Source: Prorocentrum cordatum (lineage: Eukaryota). From it: a stretch of 64,000 nucleotides of DNA. A program made the translations under genes and the position numbers. The stretch covers positions 1 through 64,000 of the forward strand of contig CAUYUJ010000105.1 of assembly GCA_963575745.1 (NCBI GenBank), in the 5' to 3' direction. Position 1 is the first letter of the stretch, and each line of letters opens with the position of its first letter. The notes beneath the pieces are model-generated. The model did not search any database, was not told where the DNA came from, and worked only from the letters and a program-made list of their open reading frames with translations. Positions 12,941 through 23,682 of the stretch are shown piece by piece.

Positions 12941-13940
12941 GTCATCGGGGACCCCCCCTCCGGCAGGAGGGGGATGTCGGCTACCCCGTCCAGTGAGATA
13001 GCCCCGTAGATGCGGGCCGCGCCTGCCAGGACCCAGGCGCTCCCCCCGCTCTTCGCCCAGGAGAGGCTTCATCCCCCTTCCTCTCCTGTCCTGGCCTGGA
13101 GGTATGCGGCGCAGCCGCCTCCGCAATGTCACCCCCGCCCCATGCAGCTGCACTTCGGCGGGCGGCCGCTCCATCTGGGGCGGGGGTATCAAGACTTATG
13201 TGCCCCTGGGCTCCTGGATCCCGACCCCCGTCGCTCGCCCCTCCCCCTTCCTTCGGCCAGGCAGCCTTCCTTCCCCCTCTTCCTGGGGGTCGGGCCTCCT
13301 GCCCCGGTCCGCGGGACCCTCTCCCTCCTCTGGCCAGATAGCCTCCTTCCCTCTTTCCTCTGGGTCCCGCCCGCCCTTTTTGTTTCTCTGGCCCTTTGGT
13401 CCTGGGCCCCTCCCGCTTGGGCCGCTGGCGGCCGTCCTGGCCTCCTGAGGCCTTCGGACCCTCGGTGCTGGGCGCAGCGGCCGCGCTGCGCTCTGTCGCG
13501 GCAAAGTCCGCAGCCTCCGCGGCAACTGCCGCGGAGGCGATCGGCCGCGTCGCGGATGCGACCTGGGGCCGCGCTCGAAAGGCTCTAAAAAGGCCATATC
13601 TCGCCTGCTGTCACTGGAAACCCTGAGGCGGCATCAGCAGAACCGAGGAGGCGCAGGGGGGATCGTGAGCCTGGGACGGTCCTCTTGGACGGTGCGGTGA
13701 CAGACAGTGCGATGACCTGATAATCCTGAAGAGGCCTCACAGCACAGGCCCCTGTCGCCCGAGGCGTCCTCGGAGGACGACACAAGTCCCAAAGCCGTGG
13801 GATCATCCCGAACCTTGGCGGCGCGCACGAGGGGGTATAGGGGGAGGAGGGAAAACTTTGTTGCAGGAAGCTGTTTCTTAGAAAGCGCCCGCCCTACATT
13901 TACGGACGAGGCCACTGCTTTCTTTTGGAAGAAAAAACGC

Positions 13941-14585
13941 CATGAACATAAACTTTTGGCGCTCCGCGCGGATTCCTCGGATCCGCGCCAAACCCACGTC
14001 CCTGGCGCGCGGAACGCGCCAGGGGCGGCGCCAGAGGCGCCGCCAGGGGGGGGCCCAGCGCCGATCCGAGAAATCCGCGCGGACCTCCGAGTTTTACGTT
14101 TCATGTCACTGTCCGTTCCCCTAACTTCTTCGAAAGCGCCGGCCCCACATCTACTGACGAGGCCCGTGCCCTCTAAGAAGCAGGGGTGTTTCTGAGAAGC
14201 CGTCCCCACTGCCCTCACCCCCCTCGTCGCTCGGCCGAAATGCCCCTGAGAGCTCGTTCGGCTGCCTCTCCAGCCCGCGGTTCGCTGCCATCCGGTGCCT
14301 GAACACTTCGGGTTCCCTCTGCACGCACAGCAGGCTCGCGCGACATCGGCGCACGCAAAGGTTTGTGACACCGCGTCGATCGTTCCGCCTTTGAGGGAAC
14401 GAGCAATGACATGAGCATAGAAACTCGGAGGTCCGCGCGGACTCTTCGGATCGGCGCTCGGGCCCCCTGGCGGCGCTTCCAGCGCCGCCCCTGGGCGCTC
14501 CGCGCGCCAGGGAGGGGGGTCCACCGCGGATCCAAGAAATCCGCGCGGACCTCCGAGTTCATGTTTATGTCATGTTTCGTTCCCC
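13941..14585. mobile_element. Foldback/MITE-like element with ~180-bp inverted arms
   Basis: 13941-14120 is an inverted copy of 14395-14585. Each arm is itself bounded by CCGCGCGGA...TCCGCGCGG. Confidence 0.7.
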
Positions 14586-15647
14586 CATTTGTGACACAGC
14601 GTCGATCCTTCCACCTTGAATCGATCGCGGCCCCAATCGTCCAGGGTTGGATTCCGTCTGGCCTGGTGGCTTCACCGTGTCCCCCGGCGCTTCCACGCCG
14701 CAGAATTCAACCTTTCACGCATTCGCTGGAGTCGCCGGCGGCGCCATCGCCGCATGAACCTACCGCAGGAGCCGGCGCGCGCTCAGTTCCGACCCTTCGG
14801 GGGGGCAAAGGCCGCGGAGCCGCTCGGGCCTCTCCTGACGACGCGGCGCCCCCGGCGCCGGCCCCTCGGGGAGTCCACCGGCTTGCCGTCGCTCGGACGT
14901 ACATTCCCCGCGCGCCTTTTTCGGCTCCGCGCGTGTGAAAAGGGCCCGGGGACCCACAAAGAACTACACACTAATCAAAGGAGTCCCCATAGTTCCATGT
15001 TTGCTAGGCTCTTGTCTTCCCCCCCCCCCACTTCCCATGTTTGTTGTCCCGCATTTTCCGTGGAGTCCACGATGAATTGTGTCTATATGTTTTTTCCCCC
15101 TCCTGAGCGCGCTTCTTTTGCTCGAAGATCCAAGACTTTCCTCGATGGCCCTCGCCGGAACAAACAAACAAATAAAAATACTCCGACGGAGAGATCCCAC
15201 ATCCGACGGACAGATCCCACATGAAAACCCTTTCGGCTAATCTGGAAATAACCTTCACTGTCATCCTCGCGATTAGTGAAGCACCCTTCTTGTCTTCTCT
15301 GCGTATTATCATTCTCGCCCTGGCACAGGGCCCTCACCCGCTCCCCGCGTCGCCCTTGCCTCGCCCTCGTGCTGTGTGTTTCGTCACCCACCACCTCCTC
15401 TCCTGTCTATTGCAAGAGCGCGCGCGTCGATGTTCCTCCACGCCGTAGCCGCCTCGGCCAGCGCGGGCGCATTCTCGAATGGCCGCGTCGCGCGGCCGTT
15501 GGGACAAACCCCGCGGGCCAGGCCGCTGGGGCAACCGCGCGAGCCGCTGGGGCGCGGGAGCAAGCCGCTGGGACAACCCCGCAGGCACCGAGCTAGTCTC
15601 GGCCGCGCTCAGGCGGGAGGCAGCACGAAGCCAAGCTTTGCGGCGAG

Positions 15648-15830
15648 CCCGATTCGGCCGAGAATGGGTTACCGCCCCTGGCCCGGACGCAAGGTCTCCC
15701 CCCTGCGCCCGATTCGGCAGACGATGGGTTACCACCGCCAGCCCCGAGACAAGGGTTCCCCCCTGCCCCCGATTCGGCCAAGGATGGGTTAACACCCCCG
15801 GCCCGGACGCAAAGGTTTCCCCCTGCGCCC
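15648..15830 (+). repeat. 60-bp tandem repeat x3
   Basis: CCCGATTCGGC...ATGGGTTA...CAAGG..TCCCCCCTGC recurs every 60 nt. Confidence 0.9.
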
Positions 15831-15914
15831 GGCCGCCGTCGTCGTCCTCACCACATGTTCCTCCTCTCCCTCCTCACCTGATGGGTCGGGCGAATCGCCC
15901 TCTGAAGAGCGCAT

Positions 15915-17057
15915 AGGGAGGCTCCCGCCTGAGAATTCCTCGCAATTCACTCACAGACGAGGCTCCCCGCCTGGTACTTCATCCAGATTCAGGCCTCGGG
16001 AGCCCCAAAATGACGACAGTTACAAGGTTGAGGATGATCCGCTCGGATTAAAAACTTGGAGTGCGGGCCCCATGAAGAGGGGGCACGGACGAGACTCCCG
16101 CATGATAATTCCCCCCAACTGAGGCCTCAGGAGCTCAACAGTGACGACAATTACAGGTTCGAGGATGACCCGCTCGGATTAAAAACATGAAGTGCGGGCC
16201 CCATAGGGAGAGGGCTCCCGCCTGCGACGTCCTCACAGACGAGGCTCCCGCTTGATACTTCCCCTATATTCAGGCCTCAGGAGTCCAAAAGTGACGACAA
16301 TTACAGGTTCGAGGATGACCCGCTCGGATGAAAAACATGAAGTGCGGGCCCCATAGGGAGAGGGCTCCCGCCTGAGACTTTCTCGCATTTCACTCACAGA
16401 CGAGGCTCCCCGCCTCGGGAGCCCTAAAGTGACGACAGTTACAAGGTTGAGAATGACCTGCTCGGATTAAAAACATGAAGTGCAGGCCCCATGGGGAGGG
16501 GGCTCCCGCCTGAGAGTTCCCCACAGTTCACTCACGGACGAGGCTCCTCGCCTGATACTTCCTCCATATTCAAGCCTTGGGAGCCCACAAGTGACGACAG
16601 TTACAGGTTCGAGGATGACCCGCTCGGGTTAAAAACATGAAGTGCGGGCCCCATGGGGAGGGGGCTCCCGCCTGAGACTTCCTCGCAATTCACTCACAGA
16701 CGAGGCTCCCCGCCTGATACTTCCCCCATAATCAGGCCTTGGGGGCCCCAAAGTGACGACAGTTACAGGGTTGAGGATGACCCGCTCGAATTAAAAACAT
16801 GAAGTGCGGGCCCCACAAGGAGGGGGCTCCCGCCTGCGACTTCCTCGCAGTTCACTCACACACGAGGCTCCCCGCCTGATACTTCCTCCATACTCAAGCC
16901 TCGGGAGCCCCAAAGTGGCAACAGTTACAGGGTTGAGGATGACCCGCTCGGATTAAAAACATGAAGTGCGGCCCCATAGGAAGAGGGCTCCCGCCTGAGA
17001 CTTCCTTGCAATTCACTCACAGACGAGGCTCCCGCTTGATACTTCCCCCAAATTCAA
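15915..17057 (+). repeat. ~160-bp satellite, about 7 copies (some internally deleted)
   Basis: GAGGATGACCCGCTCGGATTAAAA(A)CATGAAGTGCGGGCCCCA recurs at 130-163-nt intervals. Confidence 0.95.
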
Positions 17058-17440
17058 GCTAGCGAATGAGTGGGTGAGTGAGTGAATGACTGAATGAGTG
17101 ATGATGATGATGATGATGATGATGATGAGGAGGATGATGCAGATGATGAGTGAGCGGGTGAGCGAGTGTGTGATCGAAAGGTGGTCAAGGTGATTAAGAT
17201 GGTCTGTGTGTGAGTGAATGTGAGTGTGAGTGAGTGTGTCTTCTTGTGTGTTCCTGCGCGGGGTATCCAGAGAAAACAAGAACCCCACTTTGGATGTGGG
17301 GAAAAAAACGTCCGAGCGATGCCGAGCCGGACCCCGCCTGCTGGGAGGACCTGAGGTCGTGTGTCGGGCACGCGCTGACGTGGATTGGGGATCCATGGAC
17401 GTGGCGCGTGGGCGGCGCCAGATCCACCCCCCGAAATGAT

Positions 17441-17571
17441 GGGCCTGTTTTCCACCACCACCACCACCATAAGATGGAGGGGGAGGGGGTCCTCCTCCTC
17501 CTCCTCCTCCTCCACCGCCTCCTTCCTCCCTCCAACCTATGGTGGTGGTGGTGGTGGTGGAAAACAAGCCC
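17441..17571. repeat. Inverted repeat (~45-bp arms with (CCA)n/(TGG)n) enclosing a CCT microsatellite
   Basis: GGGCCTGTTTTCCACCACC...ATAAGATGGAGGG pairs with CCCTCCAACCTATGGTGG...GGAAAACAAGCCC. Confidence 0.8.
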
Positions 17572-18810
17572 TTCACAAAACCTGGCGCGAGTGCCGCCTC
17601 ACTCGGCGACGGAGCGTCCTAATCCATGTGCTCGTTTCCCTCGTGTGTGAGATGTTTGGCTGGCTGTGCCCATCCCCCCCCCCTTTCCCCCTCCGCAGGG
17701 CCCAAAAAACCCATGCCAGATGGGGGGGGTTACTCGCCAACGCACTTCCCAGTCCCTCAGAGTTGCCAAAAACATAAGCCACTGGGCCTCGAGGGCCCTC
17801 AAAATTGGCCAAGATGGCAGACAGGTGAAACCCGCAGAGAGCCTCGGATGGCCAAGTATAGCTCTCGGATGGACCAGCGAAGGATAGGAACAAATCTAAG
17901 ATGGCCCCCAAGAGGCAACCAAACAGACCCAAAGATGGATTTTCGCGGACGGCTCCAATGAGCCAAAAAACCTCAAAATCGCGCCGCACCTACATTTCGG
18001 CATCCCCCACTGTTCCTCCGGTCAAAGTCGTCAGAATTCGGCATTTCTGAATCATCCGGATTTGACATTTCCCGTCTTTCGACTCAAGATCCCGCAACGA
18101 CGGGCTACCGAGGCCTCCGAAATAATCCGAGAGCCGTCCAGGAGACCTCCAGACGGCCCAAGATGCCCCCGAGATAGCCCCAAGATTGCCCCATAAGCTC
18201 ATGGATGGCCTTCAAGACGGTCCCACAACGACTCCAAGACGGCCCCAAGACGGCCCAATAATCCCCCTTGTGCCGCCCCAGACCCTCCCAAATGGCACCA
18301 AGACCTTCGAAGGGACGCCAAGATGGCCCCACAAGGCATCGAGAGAGCCCAAGAAGGCTGGAAAAAGTCCCCACTCGGCCCCACGAGGGCTCGAAGACTG
18401 GCGATTACACACGTGTCCAGGCCACAATAGGTTGGGAGAGCTGCATGCTGGTTCCCCGCAGGGAGGGCCCGTGACTCCCGCTTTGCGGAGTCACCCCCCG
18501 CTGGCAGTGGCAAAGCGAAGAAGCAAGGCTGACCACCCTCCTCCTCCTGCTCCTCCTCCTCTTCCTCCTCCTCCTCCTCCTCGTCCTCGTGGTCATCCTC
18601 GTCCTCCCCCTCCGCCTCCCCCTCCTCCTCCTCCTCCCCCTCCTCCTCCTCCACCTCTTCTTCCTCCTCCTCCTCCTCCTCCACAATTACTCAATATGAA
18701 TACTACCCTCCCTCTTCCCCTGATGACGGTTTGAAAGTGCTCGACCCCCCCCGCGTACTGTTTTTTTACACAGGTTTCCCCGGAGTTGGGTTTTCGCCCG
18801 CATTTTTTCC

Positions 18811-18962
18811 CCGCTCGTTCCGAATCGTGCTCCCGCTGCAGCGCTGGCCTCATTTCCGTGCTTCCGCTCGTTCCGAATCGTGCTCCCGCTGCAGCGCTGG
18901 CCTCATTTCTGCGCTTCCGCTCGTTTCGACTCGTGCTCCCGCTGCAGCGCTGGCGTCATTTC
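18811..18962 (+). repeat. 53-bp tandem repeat x3
   Basis: CCGCTCGTT(C/T)CGA.TCGTGCTCCCGCTGCAGCGCTGGC at 18811, 18864 and 18917. Confidence 0.9.
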
Positions 18963-19552
18963 CCGTGCCATGCCACGGCATGCAATGCAATGCTAGGCTG
19001 ATACTACGCTTTGCGGTGCTCTTCTACGCCATGCCATGCCGTGCTCTACAATGCATCGCGTACCCTTTCGGGATCATTGCCCTGCTCGACATCCGATCTG
19101 CGCCATGGTAAGGGATGGGAGGGAGGAGTAGGATGTCAGATATGACGCGAGCGCACCTAGCTTGCCCTCCTCCCCCTCCGCCTCCCCCTCCTCCTCCTCA
19201 TCCTCCTCCTCCTCCTCCTCCTCCTCCTCCTCCTCCTCCTCCTCCTCCTCCTCCTCCTCCGCATTATCCTCCTCCTCCTCCTCCTCCCCCTCCGCCTCCC
19301 CCTCCTCCTCCTCCTCCCCCTCTTCCTCCCCTCCTCCTCCTCCTCCTCCCCCCCTCCTCCCTCTCCCCCTCCTCCTCCTCCTCCTCCTCGCCTCCTCCTC
19401 CTCCTCCTCCGCCTCCTCGTCCTCCTTTTCCGTCGCCTCCTCCTCCTCCTCTTCCTCAACGTCCGAATTCTCCTCCTCCTCCTCCTCCGCCTCCTCATCA
19501 GTCTCCTCATCGCTTCAACATGATACCTGAGAAAAAAACAAGTCTAAGTCTT

Positions 19553-20338
19553 TTTAGGGCTATAGGGCTATTGGGCTATGAAGCTATAGGGCGATAGGGC
19601 TATGGGGATATAGGGCTATGAAACTATAGGGCTATAGGGCCACAACGCTATAGGTATACAGGGCTATAAGGCATAGGGCTATAGGGCCATAGGGCTATAA
19701 GGCTGTAGGGTTATGAGGCTGTAGAGCTACAGGGCTCGGGGCTATGGGGGTGTTGGGGCTATGAGGCTATAGGGCTATAGGGCCATAGCGCTATGAGTCT
19801 ATAGGGCTACAGGGCTATGGGACTATAGGGCTGTAGGACCATAAGGCTGTAGGGCTATAGGGATATAGGGCTATGGGGCTACAGGGCTATAGGGCTATAA
19901 GCGTACATAAAGAGCTATAGGGTTCTAGGGCTGTAGGGCTATAAGGATATAAGGCTATGGGGTTATAGGGCTATAGGGATATAGGGCTATAGGGCTATAG
20001 GGCTACTGGGCTATTGGGCTACAGGGCTATAGGGCTATAGGGCTATGGGGCTATAGGGCTGTTGGGCTGTAGGGCTATAGGGCTACAGGGCTATAGGGCT
20101 ATAATGCCATAGGCCTATAGGGCTGTAGGGCTATAGGACTCGAAGGCTCTTGAGCGATAGGGCTACAGGGCGATAAGGCTATAAGGCTATAGGACTATAG
20201 GCCTATAGGGCTATTGGGCTATAGGGCTAAAGGGCTATTGGGCTATGGGGTTATAGGGCTATAAGGCTACAGGGCTATAGGGCTACAGGGCTATAGGGCT
20301 ACGGGGCTATAGGGCTATAAGGCTGAAGGGCTATAAGG
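19553..20338 (+). repeat. Degenerate (CTATAGGG)n telomere-like satellite
   Basis: About 790 bp of 8-9-nt units, strongly G-strand biased, starting with TTTAGGG. Confidence 0.95.
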
Positions 20339-22196
20339 CACCCAGGCACCCGGGCACACGGGCTGGCCGCGAAAAGCGGTGGCAAACCTCACCTAAGCAT
20401 AGAACCCCTACATTGAACCCAAGGATGAGCCAAGATGACCCATCAGGTTCACTCCAGAGGCGGATTTTAAGAGACCATAGGAAGCCATTGAGGATATTGT
20501 CACAATGAATTTCCACCATCCTGCCAGCTCCTCCTCTCCATTGCCTCCGTGTCCTTCCTGGGCCTTATGTCTCTCTTCGTCATCTTCCTACGCTTTACCG
20601 TACTGGGGCAGCACCTGCAACCCGGATTGCACTCGCCCCGTCTACTTTCCAGAGGTCGGCAAAATGGCTTAAGCGTCTTGAGAAACTCTACGGCATCATC
20701 AGGCGTCGTCGCCCTGGACCTCGCATGGCGTAGCTGCCCAAATCGTCTCGCTCGAGAAGGGTTGATCCCCGTGACAGGGGACGAGACGTCTACGCCCGCT
20801 GCTCTTCAAGATGGCCTGGGCTGCCCAATATACACACGCCTCCCTTGTCCTCCCCCCGCTCCTCCATCTGCGCCTCCCCCCTCTCTGTTCCTCGTCCTTC
20901 CTCCGCCTCCCTCCGACCTTTCCGTTCCCTCCTCTGCCTTCCTTCCTTCCTTCCTTCCTTCCTTCCTCCTCCTAACTCCTCCTCCTCCTCCTCCTCCTCC
21001 TCCTCCTCCTCCTCCTCCTCCTCCTCTTCATCCTTCATCTAGTACTGTTATCATCAGTACGATCATTATTCGTAGTATTCCTCTTCCTCTTATTATTAAT
21101 GTCAGAATTCATGTTACTCATCTTGTTAATATTAACAGTATTAGTAATATTCGTCGTATTACCATGATCGGTATCAGCACTCTTCTTCATAATATCATGA
21201 TTATTAGTATTCTGAATAATGATATTAGTATGAATATAATTATTACTGTTAGTATTAGTAATGCTGGTCGTATTAGTGTTCTCATTATTAATATTATTAA
21301 AACCATTATTACTCCGAGTATGCTGATTAGTAATATTCTGAACAATATGATTCGTACTAGTCTTCTTCAACAATGTTATTATTCTTCCTCCTCCTCCTCC
21401 TCCTCCCCCCTCCTCCCTCCTCCCTCCTCCTCCTCCTCCTCCTCCTCCTCCTCCTCCTCCTCCTCCTCCTCCTCCTCCTCCTCCTCCTCCTCCTCCGCTT
21501 CCCTGCCCAACCTGTCCTCTTCCTCCTCTTCCTCCTCGTCTTCCTCCTCCTCCTCCTACTCCTCCTCCTCCTCCCCCCATTCCGCCCTACTCCCATCGCG
21601 AGCGGCGGCGCCACGTTCTGGCACATGACGCACACCCAGGAGCCCTCCGGCACAGCAGCGGCGGCGCCCTGGCGGAAGGCGGCAAAGGGCAGAGGGGGGA
21701 GGGAGGAGGGACTCTTTCTGTGGTAGCACCTCGGGGAGGAGAGAGAGGAGGAGGAGGAGGAGGAGGAGGAGGAGGAGGAGGAGGACTAGAAACGCAACGA
21801 GTTGGAACAATGATGTGGATTTGCGACGCGACCCAGCAGACAAGATCGGATTCCGATCGCTCATGGCGCTTCGATCGGATCTGCCGCAACAGCATGCCCC
21901 ACCAATCATGGAGCAAGCTCTGGCGCAGAGCACGTGCCACTGTTCGATGCACCGCCTGCTTCCGCAGGCGTGCCAACCGCCACAGCTTCTACGGCACTAC
22001 CCGCCAGGATGAGCACCTCTCGCATTGCTGGGGTGCACCATGCACTCACCCACTCAACATGCACATCGATTCCGCACCGAGTTGCGAAACAGCCGCGCAA
22101 CAGTGCAACGGTGCCTCGCATGACGTCGCCTCGATCGATCCTGGGAGCTGCAAGCCAAAGCCCAGCGGCCAGGCAGCCACGCTGCAAGTGCCATTG

Positions 22197-23245
22197 TCAC
22201 GCCGGCACTCTGGGCAGTTTCTTCTTCAACTTCTCGCAGTTGCAGCTGAGCGCGCTGCGGACGTAGGCGAATTTGCCCGTCAACGAGGCCTCTGCAAATT
22301 TACTCTTCGTCATCGCCTCGGCTCGCAGATTGACTACCTACCAGACCACCCCAACCCAACCCGAAGACCCGAATTTCGGGTTGGGGGGGTACGGGCTTCA
22401 TATGTTTTTCCTATGTTCCCCGACCCCCCCATTGGAGATGGAGGGCAAATCGGGGCCCTCGGGTTCGGTTGGGGAGGTTTGGTGGGCGGTGACATATCCC
22501 GCGTGTACCACCACAGCAGGTCCTCCATCTGCTTCGTCCGAAGCCAGCCGGCGAACCACCACAAACGTCTGGCCTCGTTTTCCTCGCACGGCAGCTTGAC
22601 CACGCCCAAGAGCAGCGCGGATAACACGGACATGTTGCCAACCCCCACGGCAGACACCACGTCCACGGCGGACATGTTGTCGACCACCGCCACCACCATG
22701 TTCTCTGGGCATCCCAGCCCCGCCGGAAGAGGCGGGACCAGGCTGCATGTTGGGCAGTGTCGATGGGATGACCTCCTGTCCGTCGGCGGCCCCACATGCG
22801 GCCAGAAGCTCCAGCCGAAACTCGATCTCCGGACATGTTTGTATGACCGGGGCACCGCGCCCAGCGAGTGGCAGGTATCTTGGCCGCTCTGGCGACAGTT
22901 TCCCATCCTCGTGTTCGCTGCTCTTCCCATTCCTTATCCAATGTCCTCCTTCTCGCGCATGAACCAACCATGTCTGTGAACCGTCAGCCAACCGCCCACT
23001 GCACTCCATGGCCTGGTAGGTGGCGCGGTGTTGACCTGCATCACGTGCCAGCTGAGAAACTTGTTCGTGGCCCTCTGCAGGGCGACGATGCGAACTGCAA
23101 GTGCGCAAACATCTTCCCCAGCAAGTTCAAGAAGAGCTGCGGCAATAAACCTTCCGCCGGCTATTCCGCCACCGCCTTCACCAGGTCGACGTGCTTGATG
23201 GCGACAAACGCGTCGATGTTCTCGTTCTGGTCAGTCGTCACTTAA
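22197..23245 (-). pseudogene. Putative decayed spliced gene of unknown function
   Basis: Protein-like segments in several frames (..RLWWFAGWLRTKQMEDLLWWYTR; terminal exon 22337-22197 VVNLRAEAMTKSKF...PRVPA*). No family recognised. Confidence 0.3.
22337..22487. mobile_element. 150-bp MITE / Introner-like insertion
   Basis: 40-bp terminal inverted repeats (22337-22376 vs 22447-22486, 32/40 identical). On the minus strand GC and AG|G lie at the TIR edges. Confidence 0.65.
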
Positions 23246-23451
23246 CCATCGGAACTACACTGCTGACGAAGCGTTCCCTGTAAAAAGCAGCCGTGCACGG
23301 AAAGAGCGGGATATGGTCGGCATGTGAGCCGGGGGCGAGTGGAGAGCTGTATTCATGTCGCGCAGTTGTGGGGAGAAAGAAAGAGAGAGACAGCAACCGA
23401 GACAAAAAAAAGAGGCAGAGGTAAAAAGACAGCGATCCCGCCTGTTCGACA

Positions 23452-23682
23452 CCCCTAGAGGCCTTGTGGGGTCCGAATAGATGGGGTCGGAGGATCGCGC
23501 CGAACCGGCGATACATCGGCGCGTCATCGCCAATGCGTCGGCGATGCATCGGCGACGTCGGCGATGCGTCGGCGCCGTCGGCGTGGAGACAGTCGGGTTC
23601 TACATCGAGCTGCATCGGCGATGCATCAGCGATGCGGCACGATCCTCCGACCCATCCACAGTCGGACCTAGGCCAGAGGGAC
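23452..23682. mobile_element. MITE-like element with internal GCATCGGCGAT repeats
   Basis: GGGTCGGAGGATCG / CGATCCTCCGACCC perfect 14-bp inverted pair inside longer imperfect arms. Confidence 0.65.

Larger units (their letters stand above)
10119..13591 (+). mobile_element. 5'-truncated LINE: RT, C2H2 zinc fingers and DNMT-like domain, flanked by a 13-bp TSD
   Basis: RT motifs GTRPGVPFSGITFN (10339) and YVDD (10525-10536) lie in one frame with stops at 10309 and 10489. GGCCATATCTCGC occurs at 10106-10118 and 13592-13604, the second preceded by TAAAAA. Confidence 0.9.

Noticed and set aside
13440..13585. Hammerhead ribozyme in the LINE 3' end (CTGAG...CGAAA)
   Set aside because: The CUGANGA core and the required three-stem arrangement are not present.
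21720..22979. 419-aa plus-strand ORF
   Set aside because: It starts in a microsatellite and runs through a MITE; the minus strand looks more coding-like.
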